Assembly (NCBI GenBank): GCA_963668675.2
Contig: CAXXMB010000002.1
Span: 2,624,001 to 2,688,000 of the forward strand
Source: an uncultured Desulfatitalea sp.
GTDB taxonomy: Bacteria > Desulfobacterota > Desulfobacteria > Desulfobacterales > Desulfosarcinaceae
DNA length: 64,000 nt
Reading direction: 5' to 3'
This document shows, piece by piece, positions 41,722-51,199 of this stretch. Positions within the stretch are counted from its first letter, which is position 1. Every line of letters begins with the position of its first letter. The position numbers were made by a program, and so were the translations under genes. The notes below the pieces were generated by a model that saw only the letters and a program-made list of their open reading frames with translations, was not told the DNA's origin and searched no databases.

Positions 41722-42162
41722 ATGCTACGAATATTGAGCTTTCTTTGTTTAATCGTTTTATTACCATCCTGCAGCTCCACCGTATCCAAGCCTGGCACGC
41801 AGAACCGCGGAACCGATCCGCAAATGGTGCTGGATAAAAACTGGCAATGGGTATCGACCCTCACACCGGTCGAGAAAATAACGGTGCCTGCGCCGGAACG
41901 CTATACGATTCTTCTGTCCGAAACAGGCAGGCTTCAAGCCCAATTTGACTGCAACAGCGGCGGCGGCAATTATGAGATTTCTCCTGGGAAACTCTCCTTC
42001 GGTCCGCTGCTGGCCATACGCATGGCATGTCCCCCGGACTCCTTGGGCTATCGATTTATGCAGGATCTGCAGCAGGTAAAGCTGTTTTTTATGCAGGGCG
42101 GTGAACTTTACTTGGATCTTCCGATGGACGGCGGGACGATGCGGTTCCGAGCGGCACCATAG
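41722..42162 (+). CDS. META-domain (HslJ-like) lipoprotein
   Basis: Lipobox LPSC; DCNSGGGNY, LSFGPL..RMAC. Confidence 0.85.
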   Translation: MLRILSFLCLIVLLPSCSSTVSKPGTQNRGTDPQMVLDKNWQWVSTLTPVEKITVPAPERYTILLSETGRLQAQFDCNSGGGNYEISPGKLSFGPLLAIRMACPPDSLGYRFMQDLQQVKLFFMQGGELYLDLPMDGGTMRFRAAP

Positions 42163-42795
42163 ATTTTTCTGCCCCAGAGCTGATCGGTACCTGTTTGCCG
42201 CGAGGTAAACATGGCAGTTGATCAATCCACGCTTGCCTATTGCGTGATAGGTCCAACCGGAGGTTACTCCATTGTACTTCGAACGCCAATGGCTGCCTGT
42301 GCAGCCAACTCTAAATCGCAATAGACATGAGGCACCGGTCTCAACGTCTGTGTTAGGTGAAGTCCTTGGCCGCCCGAACTATCAGATTGCCCTATCGTTT
42401 GACATTGCCAAGCGCAACGTTATAACACAGGAAGGCCTCAACATACGAAATCTTACTATGGATTTAATTCTCGAATCGGTTCATCTGGCGGAAAAAGCCA
42501 GCATCTCACCCACGCCATAAATTTGCCATCCGTTGAGGTCTTCGCCGAAAGTGGGCATTACGGAACTGGTAACTGCTTCATCATGGATCTTTGCATGCCG
42601 GGACTCACGGGATCCGCCTTCTCGATGATCAGGTTAAGGCCGGCAAGGCTGAGTTGGAAGACACATATCCTGTAAAACCCATACATCGAGTGAACGGGCG
42701 GCCTATCGTCCAAACGGCATTAGACCCAAAATCGGTGATGCAAGTTCGGGTTTGCCATTTAACAAACAACCAGATGAAGAAGGAGGTCCCAGAAA

Positions 42796-44370
42796 ATGAA
42801 ACAGAGGACATTGATACTTTCTAGTTTGGCAGCTGCCATTTTGGCCCTGCTGCTCTTTAGTCCGTCGGCTTTTGCCAAATCTGCAAAACCCAATATTCTA
42901 GTGATATGGGGCGACGATGTCGGGCAATCGAATATCAGTGCCTATACCAAAGGGGTGATGGGATACCGGACGCCTAACATCGACCGTATCGCCAAAGAGG
43001 GTATTCTCTTTACAGATTACTATGGCGAGCAGAGCTGCACCGCCGGACGCTCCTCCTTCATCATGGGGCAAAGTGTTTACCGCACCGGTCTTTCCAAAGT
43101 CGGGTTGCCCGGCGCTGATTTAGGGCAGCGCGAGGAAGACCCCACCATTGCCGTTCTCCTGAAAGATCAGGGCTACGCCACCGGTCAATTCGGCAAAAAC
43201 CATCTGGGCGATAAAGACGAGCATCTGCCGACCAACCACGGTTTTGACGAATTTTTCGGTAATCTCTACCACCTCAATGCGGAAGAGGAGCCGGAAAATG
43301 AAGATTACCCCAAGGATCCCGAATTTCGGAAACGTTTCGGTCCCCGCGGTGTGATTAAATCGACGGCAGGCGGCAAAATTGTGGATACTGGCCCTTTGAC
43401 GAAAAAGCGCATGGAGACGATAGACGATTATACCGTTGCCGCCGCCATTGATTTCATTGAGCGCCAGACGAAAGCCGGAAAGCCCTGGTTCGTGTGGTGG
43501 AGCGGTACGCGGATGCATTTTCGGACCCATGTCAGCGCAGCAAAGCGAGCGCAGATCGCAAAGAAATATCCCAATGCCGATGAATACACTGCCGGCATGA
43601 TCGAGCACGACATGCACATCGGCCAGTTCCTTGCACTTCTGGATAAACTCAAGATCGCCGACAACACCATCGTGCACTACTCCACGGACAACGGCCCCCA
43701 TTACAACACTTGGCCCGATGCCGCCGCGACACCGTTCCGTGGCGAGAAGAACACCAACTGGGAAGGCGGCTGGCGCGTTCCCTGTGCCGTACGCTGGCCG
43801 GGAGTGGTCAAACCCGGATCGATCAGCAACGGCATTGTCCATCATATGGATTGGCTGCCCACTTTCGTGGCTGCCGCCGGCAAAAAGGACATTAAAGAAG
43901 ATCTGCTTGACGGATACACATCCCAGGCTCTTGGGAGAAACTATAAAATCCATCTGGATGGGTATGATGTCACCGCCCATCTCAAAGATCCGCAAAACAC
44001 ACCTAGCCCCCGCAAGGAGATCTTCTATTTCTCAGATGATGGCGATTTGACCGCCCTGCGGTACGATGATTGGAAACTGATCTTTATGGAGCAGCGTGTA
44101 GAAGCCACATTGCAGGCCTGGTCGGAACCGTTCGTGCCGCTTCGGATCCCCCTCATATTTAATCTGCGCCGCGATCCTTATGAACGCGCCCAGATCACCT
44201 CCAACACCTACTATGACTGGCTCATAGACCGCGCCTACCTGTTGGTACCGGCACAAGCCTATGTGGCCAAATTTCTCGAAACATTCAAGGAGTATCCGCC
44301 GCGCCAAAAGGCCGCCAGTTTTAGTTTGGACCAGGTCATGGAGAAACTAAAAGATGGGGGCGCACATTAG
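42796..44370 (+). CDS. Exported arylsulfatase (Cys-type, formylglycine-dependent)
   Basis: Signal peptide, KPNILVIWGDD, CTAGR (CxAxR), GKNHLG, STDNG. Confidence 0.92.
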   Translation: MKQRTLILSSLAAAILALLLFSPSAFAKSAKPNILVIWGDDVGQSNISAYTKGVMGYRTPNIDRIAKEGILFTDYYGEQSCTAGRSSFIMGQSVYRTGLSKVGLPGADLGQREEDPTIAVLLKDQGYATGQFGKNHLGDKDEHLPTNHGFDEFFGNLYHLNAEEEPENEDYPKDPEFRKRFGPRGVIKSTAGGKIVDTGPLTKKRMETIDDYTVAAAIDFIERQTKAGKPWFVWWSGTRMHFRTHVSAAKRAQIAKKYPNADEYTAGMIEHDMHIGQFLALLDKLKIADNTIVHYSTDNGPHYNTWPDAAATPFRGEKNTNWEGGWRVPCAVRWPGVVKPGSISNGIVHHMDWLPTFVAAAGKKDIKEDLLDGYTSQALGRNYKIHLDGYDVTAHLKDPQNTPSPRKEIFYFSDDGDLTALRYDDWKLIFMEQRVEATLQAWSEPFVPLRIPLIFNLRRDPYERAQITSNTYYDWLIDRAYLLVPAQAYVAKFLETFKEYPPRQKAASFSLDQVMEKLKDGGAH

Positions 44371-44469
44371 TTCGACTTCCCGTTAATCAATATGTCCACC
44401 AGGACTGGCGCGCCTTCAATACGATACAAACACGACTTATAATCGTCTGTTGAACCGGCGCAATCCTCA

Positions 44470-46167
44470 ATGAAAGGAAAGACAGTCATGATCGTCCGAA
44501 AAGGCACTGTTTGCTTTATCGCAGCTCTGGTGGTTTTGGCATTGGCAGCGCCGGTTTCTGCAGCGTCTTCCACTCCCCGTCTGGTGCTGCAGATCACCGT
44601 GGATCAACTGCGCGGCGACATGCCCGGCCGCTATGCCGATCGTCTCACCAAAGGGGGCTTCCGCTACTTGATGGAAAAGGGCACCTGGTACACCGATGCC
44701 CACTATCAGCACGCCAACACTGAAACCGCCGTGGGGCACGCGACCCTGGCGACCGGCGCCGATCCTTCACGCCACGGTATCGTGGCCAATGACTGGATTG
44801 ATCAAGAAACCGGTGCTTTTGTCTACAATACCGAGGATGAACATCACCACATCATTGGCAAAAAACCCAAAGCCCATAACGGGGTCTCGCCCCGCAACCT
44901 GCTCGCCTCTACCATTTCCGACGAAATGGTGGTTCACACCGGCGGCCGGACCCGCGCTTTCAGTGTCTCGGTCAAGGATCGCGGGGCGATTCTGCCGGGC
45001 GGCCATGCCGGTAAAGCCTTCTGGTTTTCCAAAAGCAGCGGAGAGTTTGTGACCAGCACTTATTACTACGAAGACTATCCGGCATGGGTGAAAAAATGGA
45101 ACGCCGCCAAACCGGCCGATGCGTACAAAGGAAAATCATGGGAATTGCTGAACGATCGCGCCACTTACGTCCACGAAAAGATGGACGACCGGCCGTACGA
45201 AGCCGACCTGAAACCGCTGGGGCGCGTCTTTCCGCATTCATTGGGGGAAGATTCAAAATACTTTTACCTGCTGCTGACCCTGACACCCATTGGCGATATG
45301 CTCACCCTCGATTTTGCCAAAGCCCTGGTTGAAAACGAGAATCTGGGGCACAACGACACTGGCGCGCCGGACTACCTCCAGATCAGTTTTTCTTCGACCG
45401 ATTACATCGGGCACCTGTTCGGGCCGTCCAGCCTGGAGACCGAAGACAATATCCTGCGCCTGGACCGGAACCTGGCGGATCTTTTTCAATTCATCGATCA
45501 AAAAGTCGGGCTGAAGCATACCCTGATTGTGCTCAGCGGAGACCACGGCGCGCCCGAGGCACCGGAATATATGGCCTCCCTGGGGCTCTCCACCGGTCGG
45601 TTTGCTTTTGACTGGTTCAAGACCGAAGGGCCGCTGACCAAGGCCTTGAAGAAAAAATTCGGCCGGGCTGATATTGTGTCCAACCACAGCCACCCCTACC
45701 TCTACTTGAACCTGGAGGTCATTGCATCTGCCAAATTGAAGATAGCCGACGTGGAGCGTTTCGTGGCCGACGAATTGATGAAAATTCCAGGGATTGCTTA
45801 CGCCCAGACCCGCAGCGATATGCTGGCCGGCCGCATCACCGAGTCGCCGGTCCAGAACCAGATCCGCCGCAGCTTTCATCCGACGCGCTCGGGCAATATC
45901 CACATGGTGCCGCAGCAATACTGGTTTTTGCACTCCACCGAAGAGGCTGAAAAGATGGGGATTGGATCGATTGCTGCCATCCATGGCTCTCCCTGGGCCT
46001 ACGACACTTTTGTGCCGATCTTTTTTGCGGGCAATGGTGTGCCGGCCCAAATCATCGGTCGGCGGGTGGCCCCCACAGATATCGCTGCGACCATTACTGC
46101 TTATCTGGGCGTCAAACGCCCTTCAGGATCAGTGGGCACCGTGTTGACCGAGGTTGTTAAGCGGTGA
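44470..46167 (+). CDS. Alkaline phosphatase superfamily protein (PafA/NPP-like)
   Basis: ITVDQLR, TETAVGHAT (Thr nucleophile), TDYIGH, SGDHG, HGSPWAYD. Confidence 0.9.
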   Translation: MKGKTVMIVRKGTVCFIAALVVLALAAPVSAASSTPRLVLQITVDQLRGDMPGRYADRLTKGGFRYLMEKGTWYTDAHYQHANTETAVGHATLATGADPSRHGIVANDWIDQETGAFVYNTEDEHHHIIGKKPKAHNGVSPRNLLASTISDEMVVHTGGRTRAFSVSVKDRGAILPGGHAGKAFWFSKSSGEFVTSTYYYEDYPAWVKKWNAAKPADAYKGKSWELLNDRATYVHEKMDDRPYEADLKPLGRVFPHSLGEDSKYFYLLLTLTPIGDMLTLDFAKALVENENLGHNDTGAPDYLQISFSSTDYIGHLFGPSSLETEDNILRLDRNLADLFQFIDQKVGLKHTLIVLSGDHGAPEAPEYMASLGLSTGRFAFDWFKTEGPLTKALKKKFGRADIVSNHSHPYLYLNLEVIASAKLKIADVERFVADELMKIPGIAYAQTRSDMLAGRITESPVQNQIRRSFHPTRSGNIHMVPQQYWFLHSTEEAEKMGIGSIAAIHGSPWAYDTFVPIFFAGNGVPAQIIGRRVAPTDIAATITAYLGVKRPSGSVGTVLTEVVKR

Positions 46168-46225
46168 GATGCGGTTTGCTGGATTGGCAAGGCTCAAATT
46201 ACGCGATGTTTCTCCTAACACCTTA

Positions 46226-46253
46226 AAGCCCCCCTTTGGAAAAGGGGGGCTTT
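46226..46253. terminator. Bidirectional hairpin between convergent genes
   Basis: AAAGCCCCCCTTT-GGA-AAAGGGGGGCTTT. Confidence 0.65.
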
Positions 46254-46342
46254 TCCGCTGAATCACCAACGCTTCGATGCAGGGCAATCCCACATGCATT
46301 CTGGCTGTTTGAGCGTTTCAGATAACCGTGCAAGACAATTGA

Positions 46343-48106
46343 TTACGGCCCGGTTTGCGCGGTGGCTGCCGGTGCGGTCTGTTTGGCGGTCATCCGGGCA
46401 ATCTTTTCCATCGGTTGGGTTTTTAAGGTTTTGGCTGGGCTGGATGCCAATAAGGCGGCAGCCTCGTTGTGCTCAAAAAAAGTGTCCGGTTCATAGGCCC
46501 ATCCCTGGGCCAGGCGGCGATCCTCTCTTTTCATCGTTTGATATAGATATCGACCGACAAACCCGGCGATGACGCGCGTGGTCCAGCCGAACTCTTGATA
46601 TAGCCCAGACAGTAGCCGGCTTAGTCTGTTCGCGATACGGTCGTCTCCTTTATACCATTTGCGCATGGCCCACACGGCACCGGCATAGGTGGTCCGCAAT
46701 GCCAGGGTGTTCTTTGCGAATCGGGCCCGGACACGTTTGTCAGGATGTTTTTTGTGGCGTTGCCAACCGGCCAGGGTGGTTCGGATCAAGCGGGCCAGGC
46801 TGGGGCCGTTGACCGCCATATCGCGATCGAAGGCGTCCAGTAGAAATTGGCCCTCCTGCCCATCCTTGATGTGGGGATGGTGATAGTTGAATCGATACTG
46901 CCCATGGACATCCTCCGGCGGCAGCTCGCTTTCCGGAATCAGTGTTCCTTGATCTTGGTGCTGGGCATACAGCGGGGTGCCATCAATCGGGGTATAGAGC
47001 ATAAATTGATGAAAGTCGGTATCGTGGGCGATGGCCTCATCGATCACTTGATGAATATTCTCCGGCGTGTGATGTTCCAGGCCGATAATGGACGATCCCA
47101 GCACCCGAATCCCATGGGATTGCAATGTCTTGACCAGTGTACGGGTATCCACGCCGTTGAGCTTGGCGTATTGGCTCTTCTTGCCCTCAAGGCCCATCCA
47201 GACCCAGGAGATGCCCAACCGTACCAGTTGTTCCATGCTATAGGACTTCAGCACACGGGCCGAACTGAAAACATACAACGACCAGTTTTTGCGATGCTGC
47301 TCCATCAACTCCAGCAGTCGCAGGGCGCGTTTGCGCTGCAACAGAAAATTCTCGTCGAGCACGAAAAAAGATCGGGTTTTAAGATCGGCGGCAATGCGGC
47401 TCATCACCTCAAACAGCTCATCCCCGGTTTCAAAAAAATTGACCGATTTGCCCTTACCGCCAAACATGGCCGAGGTTGAACAGAAATTACAACCCAAAGG
47501 GCAACCCACCGAAGGAATCAGAATGCCGGCCGTGCTGCCGGGCGAATCGGGTAGCGGTACACCGAGGGTGCGTGTCCCGAAACCCGATGGAACGGAAGGG
47601 TGCTGAATCGGGGCATTTTCATCCTGGCCGAGAAATCTTCGAAACCACCGCACGCCATCCCCTTTGACAACATGGTCGACATCAATCAGTTGATTCAGAT
47701 GGCGTTTGTTGGCGATATGGCCGCCAACGACGATCGTGGCCAGAGGCTGATATCGGCGCGCCAGGGCACACATCTCAATCACTTTGGCCGTATTGGGCAT
47801 GATACCGCTGATGCCGATAATGTCATATAAATCGTCCTGAATTTCTTGGATAAACCGCTCCCGGGTCGGAAAATCCAATACGCTGCAAGGCGCCTCGATA
47901 TTGGCCTGCATGAGCAACAAACCGAAGGAGCGGTGAAACATGCGCAGGGACATAGCACCCTGGGTGCGGGTGACCTGATTTTGATAAAGCTCCATGGGGT
48001 TGATCTTGCGGCTGCCGTATTCATCGTCCTCGGCATAAGGACCAAAGACGCTGCTGAGCAAAATTTTAGCCCGGGTTCCGAGCGGGTGTTTAGGGGGTGA
48101 TGTCAT
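46343..48106 (-). CDS. B12-binding-domain radical SAM protein
   Basis: DIIGIS...IVVGGH...VVKGDG (B12-binding fold), GCPLGCNFC (CxxxCxxC), DENF, GLE; ATG at 48106 after TAAGGAG. Confidence 0.88.
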   Translation of the reverse strand: MTSPPKHPLGTRAKILLSSVFGPYAEDDEYGSRKINPMELYQNQVTRTQGAMSLRMFHRSFGLLLMQANIEAPCSVLDFPTRERFIQEIQDDLYDIIGISGIMPNTAKVIEMCALARRYQPLATIVVGGHIANKRHLNQLIDVDHVVKGDGVRWFRRFLGQDENAPIQHPSVPSGFGTRTLGVPLPDSPGSTAGILIPSVGCPLGCNFCSTSAMFGGKGKSVNFFETGDELFEVMSRIAADLKTRSFFVLDENFLLQRKRALRLLELMEQHRKNWSLYVFSSARVLKSYSMEQLVRLGISWVWMGLEGKKSQYAKLNGVDTRTLVKTLQSHGIRVLGSSIIGLEHHTPENIHQVIDEAIAHDTDFHQFMLYTPIDGTPLYAQHQDQGTLIPESELPPEDVHGQYRFNYHHPHIKDGQEGQFLLDAFDRDMAVNGPSLARLIRTTLAGWQRHKKHPDKRVRARFAKNTLALRTTYAGAVWAMRKWYKGDDRIANRLSRLLSGLYQEFGWTTRVIAGFVGRYLYQTMKREDRRLAQGWAYEPDTFFEHNEAAALLASSPAKTLKTQPMEKIARMTAKQTAPAATAQTGP

Positions 48107-48316
48107 TCGTAGGCTCCTTAGGTTTTTTTGATGCTCAAACACTTCGTCCCGACGCAGGACTTGAGCCTGAGAGGGGTGTTGAAAAAGCTTGTGGTTGAAA
48201 TCATCGGTCTAACTTAATAGATAGATAAGTAGAATGACAGTGCGCGGATAGGGTATTACAAAAGTTTTACAAACCGTGCCATTACACGCCTGATATTGAA
48301 ATCGGTTTTCAACATT

Positions 48317-48471
48317 GATAGACTCATAAAAAGTCATTAACACGTCATGCCGGACTTGATCCGGCATCAAGAAGCCATTGAAAAAAATGGATAGCGCGAA
48401 AGCTTGACTGCGTGCCCGACTCTCGCCGGAATGACGGAAAAAGTACTTTTGGGACTTTCTACGAACACATC
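48317..48471. mobile_element. MITE, copy 3
   Basis: GATAGACTCATAAAAAGTC...GACTTTCTACGAACACATC with perfect AACATT direct repeats (48311-48316, 48472-48477). Confidence 0.8.
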
Positions 48472-48523
48472 AACATTCAAGGTGAAAACTGCGGCGTAAC
48501 ACAAACGTCAATGGGGCCGATTC

Positions 48524-49504
48524 ATGTATCGAAACGTTTGGTTCAAGCAGCCCATACTGATCTTCATCTTTTCCATTGTGGCGGTCACCACCTCGCTGGT
48601 GCTCTATATCTACTGGTACGTCGAAGTGAGTACCGGACTCAAAGCCGTCATCCGCAAGGCCAATATCGAACCGGGTCAGGCCTTGGCCTCCCAAACCTGG
48701 GTGGTCATTCTGGTGCTCTCCATTTTGGTCGCCATTATTATTTTGGGTTTGTTCATCATTTTTGTTTATAGTCAGAAGACATTTCAACTGCTGCGGCTGC
48801 AGCGCAATTTCATCAACAACTTTACCCATGAACTTAAGACGCCGGTCACGTCATTGAAACTCTACCTGCAAACCCTGGAAAAACATGAACTGGAACGCAA
48901 TGATCAGCGCAAGTATATCGGCTATATGATCCATGATGCCGATCGCCTGGCCAATCAGGTCAATCGGATTCTCAACCTGGCCCGCATTGAAAGCAAAACC
49001 TTTAAGGCCGAGTTCCTGCAGCGAAATCTCGTGGTGGTGGTGGAGCAGTTCTGCGACAAAAACAGACACGTTTTCGGCGACGATGCCATTCAGATTCACA
49101 ACCCATCCGACCGCCAGTTTTACTACGCCATAGACATCGCCCTGTTTGAGATGCTCCTGATGAACTTGATCACCAATGCTCTTAAATACAATGGTTCCGA
49201 AACGCCGCAGGTGGGTATCACATTCATCCCAAAAACGCGGCAGTTGCATATCTGCTTTAAAGACAATGGCATCGGCATTCCGCACCAGGAGTTAAAAAGA
49301 ATATTTCGCAAATTCTACCAGCTCGGCCAATCGGATAATATGACGGCCAAAGGCAGCGGGTTGGGGCTGTATCTGGCAGATATCATCGTCCGGATGCACA
49401 AAGGCCGGATTAAGGCCGAAAGTGACGGCATCGGACATGGGGCTGTCTTTACGGTCATGCTTCCCATCAAAGAGCGGCGCAATAATTTGGAAAGAGGCGC
49501 ATGA
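48524..49504 (+). CDS. Sensor histidine kinase
   Basis: Two TM segments, FTHELKTP, NLITNALKY, DNGIG, GSGLGL. Confidence 0.92.
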   Translation: MYRNVWFKQPILIFIFSIVAVTTSLVLYIYWYVEVSTGLKAVIRKANIEPGQALASQTWVVILVLSILVAIIILGLFIIFVYSQKTFQLLRLQRNFINNFTHELKTPVTSLKLYLQTLEKHELERNDQRKYIGYMIHDADRLANQVNRILNLARIESKTFKAEFLQRNLVVVVEQFCDKNRHVFGDDAIQIHNPSDRQFYYAIDIALFEMLLMNLITNALKYNGSETPQVGITFIPKTRQLHICFKDNGIGIPHQELKRIFRKFYQLGQSDNMTAKGSGLGLYLADIIVRMHKGRIKAESDGIGHGAVFTVMLPIKERRNNLERGA

Positions 49505-50238
49505 ACGCCACTGAGAAGAAGCGTATATTGATCATCGAAGATGAACACCACATTGCCGAAGGGCTGGCCTTGAACCTTTCCCTGAAAGGCCATGCTGCAC
49601 GCATCGCCGCAAGCGGGGTCGAAGGATTGCAGAAGTGGAAAGAGTGGCAGCCGGACTTGATCGTATTGGATATCATGCTGCCCGGCATAGACGGTATGTC
49701 TGTACTTCGAAATATTCGCCTGGAAGATGAGCATCTGCCGGTACTCATTCTTTCGGCCAAGAGCGATGCGGCGGATAAAGTCAAAGGGTTCTCGTACGGC
49801 GTCGACGATTACCTGTCCAAACCGTTCCATCTGGAAGAGTTCCTGCTGCGGGTCGAACGACTGTTGTTCAGAGCCCCTCGCCCAAACGGCAGTCCGGCAT
49901 CCAAAAATGACGATCAAGATGCCACGCAGACCTATTGTTTCGGCGGCAACTGGATTAACTTCAGCACGGCAACAGCCTACGGCCAGCGGGGCAACATCGA
50001 TCTGACCGAACTGGAGGTCAAGCTGCTCAAGCTGTTTGTCACCTCCCGGGGCAAACCGGTTTCCCGCGGCCAGCTGCTGGAGATCGGTTGGGGCTACGAC
50101 CGCCGCACCCAGACCCGAACCGTTGACAACTTTATCGTGCGATTTCGCAAATACTTTGAACCGGACCCCAAACACCCCATCTATTTTCGCAGCATACGCT
50201 CTGTGGGATATCTGTTTGATCATGAGGAGGCAGTGTAG
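49501..50238 (+). CDS. OmpR-family response regulator
   Basis: IIEDE, VLDIMLP, SKPF, TRTVDNFIVRFRKYFE. Confidence 0.93.
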   Translation: MNATEKKRILIIEDEHHIAEGLALNLSLKGHAARIAASGVEGLQKWKEWQPDLIVLDIMLPGIDGMSVLRNIRLEDEHLPVLILSAKSDAADKVKGFSYGVDDYLSKPFHLEEFLLRVERLLFRAPRPNGSPASKNDDQDATQTYCFGGNWINFSTATAYGQRGNIDLTELEVKLLKLFVTSRGKPVSRGQLLEIGWGYDRRTQTRTVDNFIVRFRKYFEPDPKHPIYFRSIRSVGYLFDHEEAV

Positions 50239-50356
50239 ATGTGGTTTTGAGGTGAAAAAGATACCCACGAGTCTGGTTTTTCCCATGATGGGTATTTGAA
50301 TTGCACTGCCCGGGTATGCTAATCCTGCTCGACCCGCCGTATAAGGAGGGCTGCCG

Positions 50357-51199
50357 TTGAAACCGCCTCGCAAGCATCGCAACATCACACTGATACGACT
50401 GCTGTCGGATGCCTTCCAATTCATTCGTTGTCAATCGTGGGTCAGCAGCCGATTCGGCAAACCGTTCCAACCCAGCCGCAACTATGTCGAAATCGACATC
50501 ACCTACAATTGCAACTTGAAATGCATCAATTGCAACCGCTCCTGCACCCAGGCTCCCAGCAAGGCAGAGATGCCCGTCGAGACGGTCGAAGCCTTCATCA
50601 CCCAGAGCGTCGATCAGAAGGTCCCATGGAAACGGATCCGCATTCTGGGGGGCGAACCCACCCTTCACAGCAGGTTTTTCGATATCATCGACCGCTTGAT
50701 TGACTATCGTAGGAGCTATAACAAAACTGTCCGATTGGTTGTGGGCACTCATTTTCATGGCCGCCAAGTTCGCCGAGTACTGGAGCAGTTGCCTCCTTCC
50801 GTCGCCATCAAGAGTACGCTTAAAAATTCACGCGCTAACCTGTTTCGGCCCTTCAATATGGCCCCCATGGATACCCATTACAACCGGTTTTCCGATTACT
50901 CCTGCGGCTGCCGTATCATTGAAGATTGCGGACTAGGGTTGACGCCTTATGGGTATTACATGTGTGCCATTGCCGGCGGCATCGATCGGATTCTCGGTTA
51001 TCGCCTGGGTCGTCCGACCTTGCCGGATCCACACGCTGATTTTACCGACCAGATGATGGCCTTTTGCCCGCTGTGCGGTCATTTTGGCTTCCAGTGGCCC
51101 ACAAGGAAAATCAGGCAGTCTAAAACCTGGCAAAAGGCTTATGATGCTGCGGCGCAGCGGACGGAAAGTCAAAACTCCGGAGGGCGCCTAAGCAGATGA
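50357..51199 (+). CDS. Radical SAM protein with additional C-terminal cysteines
   Basis: CNLKCINC, GGEPTLH, then CGC...EDCG...C...CPLCGH; TTG start after AAGGAGG. Confidence 0.85.
   Translation: MKPPRKHRNITLIRLLSDAFQFIRCQSWVSSRFGKPFQPSRNYVEIDITYNCNLKCINCNRSCTQAPSKAEMPVETVEAFITQSVDQKVPWKRIRILGGEPTLHSRFFDIIDRLIDYRRSYNKTVRLVVGTHFHGRQVRRVLEQLPPSVAIKSTLKNSRANLFRPFNMAPMDTHYNRFSDYSCGCRIIEDCGLGLTPYGYYMCAIAGGIDRILGYRLGRPTLPDPHADFTDQMMAFCPLCGHFGFQWPTRKIRQSKTWQKAYDAAAQRTESQNSGGRLSR

Noticed and set aside
42279..42360. Possible further attC sites ending in GTTAGGT (here) and GTTAAAT (near 57053)
   Set aside because: Only the core site is visible; I could not pair the L boxes convincingly.
1039..48471. 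Palindromic repeats as a possible CRISPR array
   Set aside because: Copies are dispersed kilobases apart, with no repeat-spacer periodicity and no cas genes.
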